Source of the DNA: Trueperaceae bacterium
GTDB lineage: Bacteria > Deinococcota > Deinococci > Deinococcales > Trueperaceae
NCBI GenBank assembly: GCA_003556805.1
Contig: PWQI01000099.1
Span: 1-62,688 of the forward strand
DNA length: 62,688 nucleotides
Direction of reading: 5' to 3'
A model generated the notes under the pieces. It worked only from the letters and a program-made list of their open reading frames with translations. It ran no database searches and was not told the origin of the DNA. Of this stretch, positions 59,486-62,688 are shown one piece after another. Position 1 is the first letter of the stretch; each line of letters opens with the position of its first letter. The position numbers and the translations under genes were made by a program.

Positions 59486-60418
59486 ATGCTGAACCTCTAC
59501 CGACGCGCCGTGCTCGGCGTCGCCGGCTTCGGGCCGGTCGCTGGCGTCGCCAGGCGCTACGGCACGCGCCTCGGGGCGCGCCGTTTCGTGGCGGGTGACG
59601 ACGCATCGAGCGCGCTCGACGCCCTCTCGGAACTGCGTTCGAGCGGCCGCGAGGTGATCGTCGACGTCTTGGGCGAGTACGTCACCACGGCCGACGCGGC
59701 GCGCGCGATGGCGGCCGAGGTGGCCTTCACGATCGAGACGCTGACCCGTGCGGGGATCGCGCCGGTGGTGAGCGTGAAGCCGACCCAGGTCGGCCTGGCG
59801 CTCGACCGCGACCTCGCCGCAGAGCACGTGCTGAACCTGGCCCTCGACGCCGAGGCTGCCGGCGGCAGCCTCGCGCTCGACATGGAGGACGTCCGCCATG
59901 TCGACGGCACCCTCGAGCTGCTCGAGCGCACCTGGGCCGGCGGCGCGGCGCGCACGTCTGGCGTGCTGCAGGCCTACCTCCACCGCACGCCCGGTGACCT
60001 GGAGGCGCTCATCGCGGCGGCTCCCGACCCCGCCTCGCTCCAGGTACGGATCGTGAAGGGCGCCTACGCCGAGCGACCGGACCTGGTCCACGGCGACATG
60101 CGCGCCATCCGCCGCGCGTTCGTCGCGCTGTGCGAGCGAGCCTGGCGCGCCGGCGCACAGGTGAACGTCGCGACGCACGACGAGCGGCTGATCATCGAAA
60201 CCGCCGCGTTCGCTCGGGGTGCGAACCTGGGCAGCGGGAAGCTGGAGTTCCAGCTGCTCTACGGCGTGAAGCCCGGCCTGCAACTCGCGCTCGCAGAGGC
60301 CGGCCACGCCGTTCGCATCTACGTCCCCATCGGCCGCGATTGGTACGGTTACTTCAGTCGCCGCCTCGCCGAGCGCCCCGCCAACCTCGCGGTCGTGCTG
60401 CGCGGCCTGGTGGGCTGA
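59486..60418 (+). CDS. Monofunctional proline dehydrogenase
   Basis: MLNLYRRAVLGVAG..., LDMED, RIVKGAY, FQLLYGV and YVPIGRDWYGYFSRRLAERPAN match the Thermus-type PRODH pattern from start to end. Confidence 0.9.
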   Translation: MLNLYRRAVLGVAGFGPVAGVARRYGTRLGARRFVAGDDASSALDALSELRSSGREVIVDVLGEYVTTADAARAMAAEVAFTIETLTRAGIAPVVSVKPTQVGLALDRDLAAEHVLNLALDAEAAGGSLALDMEDVRHVDGTLELLERTWAGGAARTSGVLQAYLHRTPGDLEALIAAAPDPASLQVRIVKGAYAERPDLVHGDMRAIRRAFVALCERAWRAGAQVNVATHDERLIIETAAFARGANLGSGKLEFQLLYGVKPGLQLALAEAGHAVRIYVPIGRDWYGYFSRRLAERPANLAVVLRGLVG

Positions 60419-60450
60419 CCCGCGTCTCGTCCCCGTCAGGAGGGCCCCGT

Positions 60451-62004
60451 ATGGCGTTCGAACCGTACCGCAACGAACCGTTCACGGACTTCGCCGACCC
60501 CGCAGCACTCGGCGCGTACCGCGTCGCACTCGAGAGCGTGCAGCCACGGCTCGGCCGCGAGTGGCCGCTCGTCATCGGTGGTGAGCGCATCACGACCGGA
60601 CGGACCTTCGATTCCCTCGACCCGTGCGACCCGAGCGTCGTCGTCGGCCGCGCCGCCATGGCAGGCACCGCCGAGCTCGATCGCGCCTTCGACGCGGCCG
60701 AGACGGCGTACCGCAGCTGGTCGACCTGGTCGGCCGAGGCGCGCAGCAGGGCGCTGGTACGGCTCGCGGCCGTGATGCGCCGGCGCAAGCTGGAACTGTG
60801 CGCCTGGGAGACATTCGAGGCCGGCAAGAACTTCCGCGAGGCGGACGCAGATGTCGCCGAGGCGATCGACTTCGTGGAGTACTACGCGCGCGAGGCGCTC
60901 ATCCTCGACGCACCGCTGCGCACGTACCACTGGCCGGGCGAGGAGAACATGACGCGCCTCCAACCGATGGGCGTCGGCCTGGTGATCCCACCCTGGAACT
61001 TCCTGCTCGCGATCCTCGTCGGCACCGTCACCGCGCCGGTGGCCGTCGGCAACACCGTGATCGTCAAGCCCAGCCCCTCGACGCCGGTGATCGCGGGGCT
61101 GTTCATGGAGCTCGTCGAAGAGGCGGGCATACCGGCGGGCGTGATCAACCTGGTCACCGGCGCCGACGCCGAGATCGGCGACGCCCTGGTGGACGATCCG
61201 CGCACGCGCTTCGTGAACTTCACGGGCTCGGTGGCGACGGGCCTGCGCATCCACGAGCGCGCGGCGAAGGTCCACCCGGGTCAGCGCTTCGTGAAGCGCA
61301 CGATGTTGGAGATGGGCGGCAAGGACGCTCTGATCGTCGACGAGACCGCCGACCTCGAGCTGGCTGCCGACGCCGCCGTCGCCAGCGCCTTCAGCTTCAA
61401 CGGGCAGAAGTGCTCGGCGCTGTCGCGACTCATCGTCGTCGATGCCGTTGCCGACACCCTGGTGACGATGATCGGTGAACGCGCCGAGCGCCTCACGGTC
61501 GGTGCGGCCACGGACAACGCCGACGTGACCGCCGTGATCAACGAGCGCCAGTTCGACAAGATCCTGGACTACCTCGCCGAGGCGCCCGAGCAGGGGCAGG
61601 TCGTCCTCGGCGGCGGCCGCGCCGACGGCGCGGGCGACGGCTATTTCATCGCTCCGACCGTCGTCGACCGGGTCGACCCCGCGTCGCGCATCGCGCGCGA
61701 GGAGATCTTCGGACCGGTGTTGGCGGTGCTCCGGGCGCGCGACTTCGACCATGCGATCGAGCTGTTCAACGACAGCGACTTCGGGCTCACCGGCGGCATC
61801 GTCAGCGCTTCACGTGAGCGCATCGAGCGCGCGCGGCGCGAGTGCCAGGTCGGCAACTTCTACGTCAACCGCAAGATCACCGGCGCACTCGTGGGCGTGC
61901 AGCCGTTCGGCGGCTTCAAGCGCTCCGGGACCAACAGCAAGGCGGGCGGCCCCGACTACCTCCGTCTCTTCGTCGAGGCGAAGACGGTGACCGAACGGTT
62001 CTGA
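60451..62004 (+). CDS. pruA: 1-pyrroline-5-carboxylate dehydrogenase (aldehyde dehydrogenase family)
   Basis: The ATG follows a CAGGAGGG SD. EMGGKDA and the catalytic Cys in NGQKCSALSR are present. Confidence 0.88.
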   Translation: MAFEPYRNEPFTDFADPAALGAYRVALESVQPRLGREWPLVIGGERITTGRTFDSLDPCDPSVVVGRAAMAGTAELDRAFDAAETAYRSWSTWSAEARSRALVRLAAVMRRRKLELCAWETFEAGKNFREADADVAEAIDFVEYYAREALILDAPLRTYHWPGEENMTRLQPMGVGLVIPPWNFLLAILVGTVTAPVAVGNTVIVKPSPSTPVIAGLFMELVEEAGIPAGVINLVTGADAEIGDALVDDPRTRFVNFTGSVATGLRIHERAAKVHPGQRFVKRTMLEMGGKDALIVDETADLELAADAAVASAFSFNGQKCSALSRLIVVDAVADTLVTMIGERAERLTVGAATDNADVTAVINERQFDKILDYLAEAPEQGQVVLGGGRADGAGDGYFIAPTVVDRVDPASRIAREEIFGPVLAVLRARDFDHAIELFNDSDFGLTGGIVSASRERIERARRECQVGNFYVNRKITGALVGVQPFGGFKRSGTNSKAGGPDYLRLFVEAKTVTERF

Positions 62005-62149
62005 GTCTGAGTCCGACGCCGTCGAGGCCGTCGGGGACGTTCCACCGTGGCCGTGGCGTGTGCGGATGCGGCACAATGGCGTTGGGCACGCCCGACGCTG
62101 CGGGCCGCACGAACGGTCGGCCGCGCTCAGGCGACCGGAGGGAGAGACG

Positions 62150-62688
62150 ATGGCGACGACGGTGCTGCTACCCATGGATGGCTCGCCCTTCAGCCGACAG
62201 GCGTTCCGGGCGGTCGGTCGCTTGTTCGATGCGGAACGGACCAGCCTGACGCTGCTGTACGTAGCGGAGGCGCCCGAGGGCGTCCGCGAACGGACCTGGG
62301 CCCCGCTGGTGAGCGAAGCCTGGCCGGGCCTCAAGCCCGGCGGTGTGCGCGACACCGACGACCGCGAGCACCCGATCTACGAGTCGCAGGTGTGGGAGTC
62401 GACCAAGGCACAGCTGATCGAGGCGTTCGACGACGACGTACGTGCGCTCGCCGACGCCGGCTTCTCGGTTCGGATGGTGATCCGCTTCGGTGATCCGGCG
62501 CAGGAGATCGCCGACCTGATCGAAGAGGACGACATCGACGCCGTGGTGATGGCGACGCACGGCCGCAGCGGCCTCAGCCGCGCCATCATGGGCTCGGTCG
62601 CCGAGCGCGTGCTGCGCATGGTGCACGTGCCGGTCATCATGATCCGCGGCCGCGACGACACGAGCACGCCGGCGTTCACGCCGCTGGG
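62150..62688 (+). CDS. Universal stress protein family, 3' end cut by window edge
   Basis: This frame is missing from the ORF track because it runs off the window. The ATG at 62150 follows a GGAGGGAGAG SD. The USP signature is VVMATHGRSGLSRAIMGSVAERVLRMVHVPVIMIR. Confidence 0.8.
   Translation, partial: MATTVLLPMDGSPFSRQAFRAVGRLFDAERTSLTLLYVAEAPEGVRERTWAPLVSEAWPGLKPGGVRDTDDREHPIYESQVWESTKAQLIEAFDDDVRALADAGFSVRMVIRFGDPAQEIADLIEEDDIDAVVMATHGRSGLSRAIMGSVAERVLRMVHVPVIMIRGRDDTSTPAFTPL

Overview
Very GC-rich chromosomal segment (about two-thirds G+C or more by eye, not computed). It holds about 56 protein-coding genes and two tRNAs (Pro-GGG, Trp-CCA). I recognise no rRNA, CRISPR array, transposase or integrase. 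The content is core housekeeping and metabolism. In order: RNase J (5' truncated); a small alpha/beta-hydrolase, Nudix, pentapeptide-repeat and VOC cluster; an Eis-type GNAT; a Pcs-type CDP-alcohol phosphatidyltransferase plus a TVP38/DedA protein; the glycine cleavage operon gcvT-gcvH-gcvPA-gcvPB; an IscA-like protein; and an nfeD-floA-X-phoH-pgpH-ybeY-dgkA-cdd block. Then come a TPR protein; hisC-hisB-hisH chained by overlapping stop/start codons to SPOR, yvcK and envelope genes; murA; an RHH protein plus a Hanks kinase with a PQQ beta-propeller; gltB; and the operon ilvB-ilvN-ilvC-leuA-cimA. The rest is spoVS, a Zn peptidase, rsmB, an MBL hydrolase, an SDR, lon, an ABC exporter, manA, a second TVP38 gene, a broken beta-lactamase-fold gene, an orphan ABC ATPase, Crp/Fnr plus P450, a histidine phosphatase, monofunctional PRODH plus P5CDH, and a 3'-truncated USP. 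Several traits suggest a Deinococcus-Thermus-type genome, but this is inference only: SpoVS, split PRODH/P5CDH, short LeuA plus CimA, -10 boxes 6-8 nt from start codons, and pervasive ATGA/GTGA junctions. I did not find a convincing new multi-gene system, and nothing resembles a defence island. The most interesting signals are small and invisible to ORF calling. (1) A leaderless Leu/Ile-rich leader peptide plus terminator hairpin forms an apparent attenuator in front of ilvB. It is followed by a 6-codon mini-ORF whose stop overlaps the ilvB GTG start. (2) A ghost copy of the last 14 codons of rnj lies 30 nt downstream of the gene and differs almost only at synonymous sites. (3) A (G6CGC)4G7 tandem repeat sits between tRNA-Trp and the iscA-like gene. 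(4) A nested inverted/direct repeat overlaps the murA -10 box, next to a divergently encoded RHH protein. (5) A Pcs-type DGx2ARx12Gx3Dx3D motif protein is paired with a VTT/DedA-type membrane protein. (6) A coding-like fragment upstream of the Eis-like gene has no stop of its own. (7) A beta-lactamase-fold gene is interrupted by an in-frame TGA where Trp is expected. The many very long ORFs antisense to real genes are GC-driven shadow ORFs.
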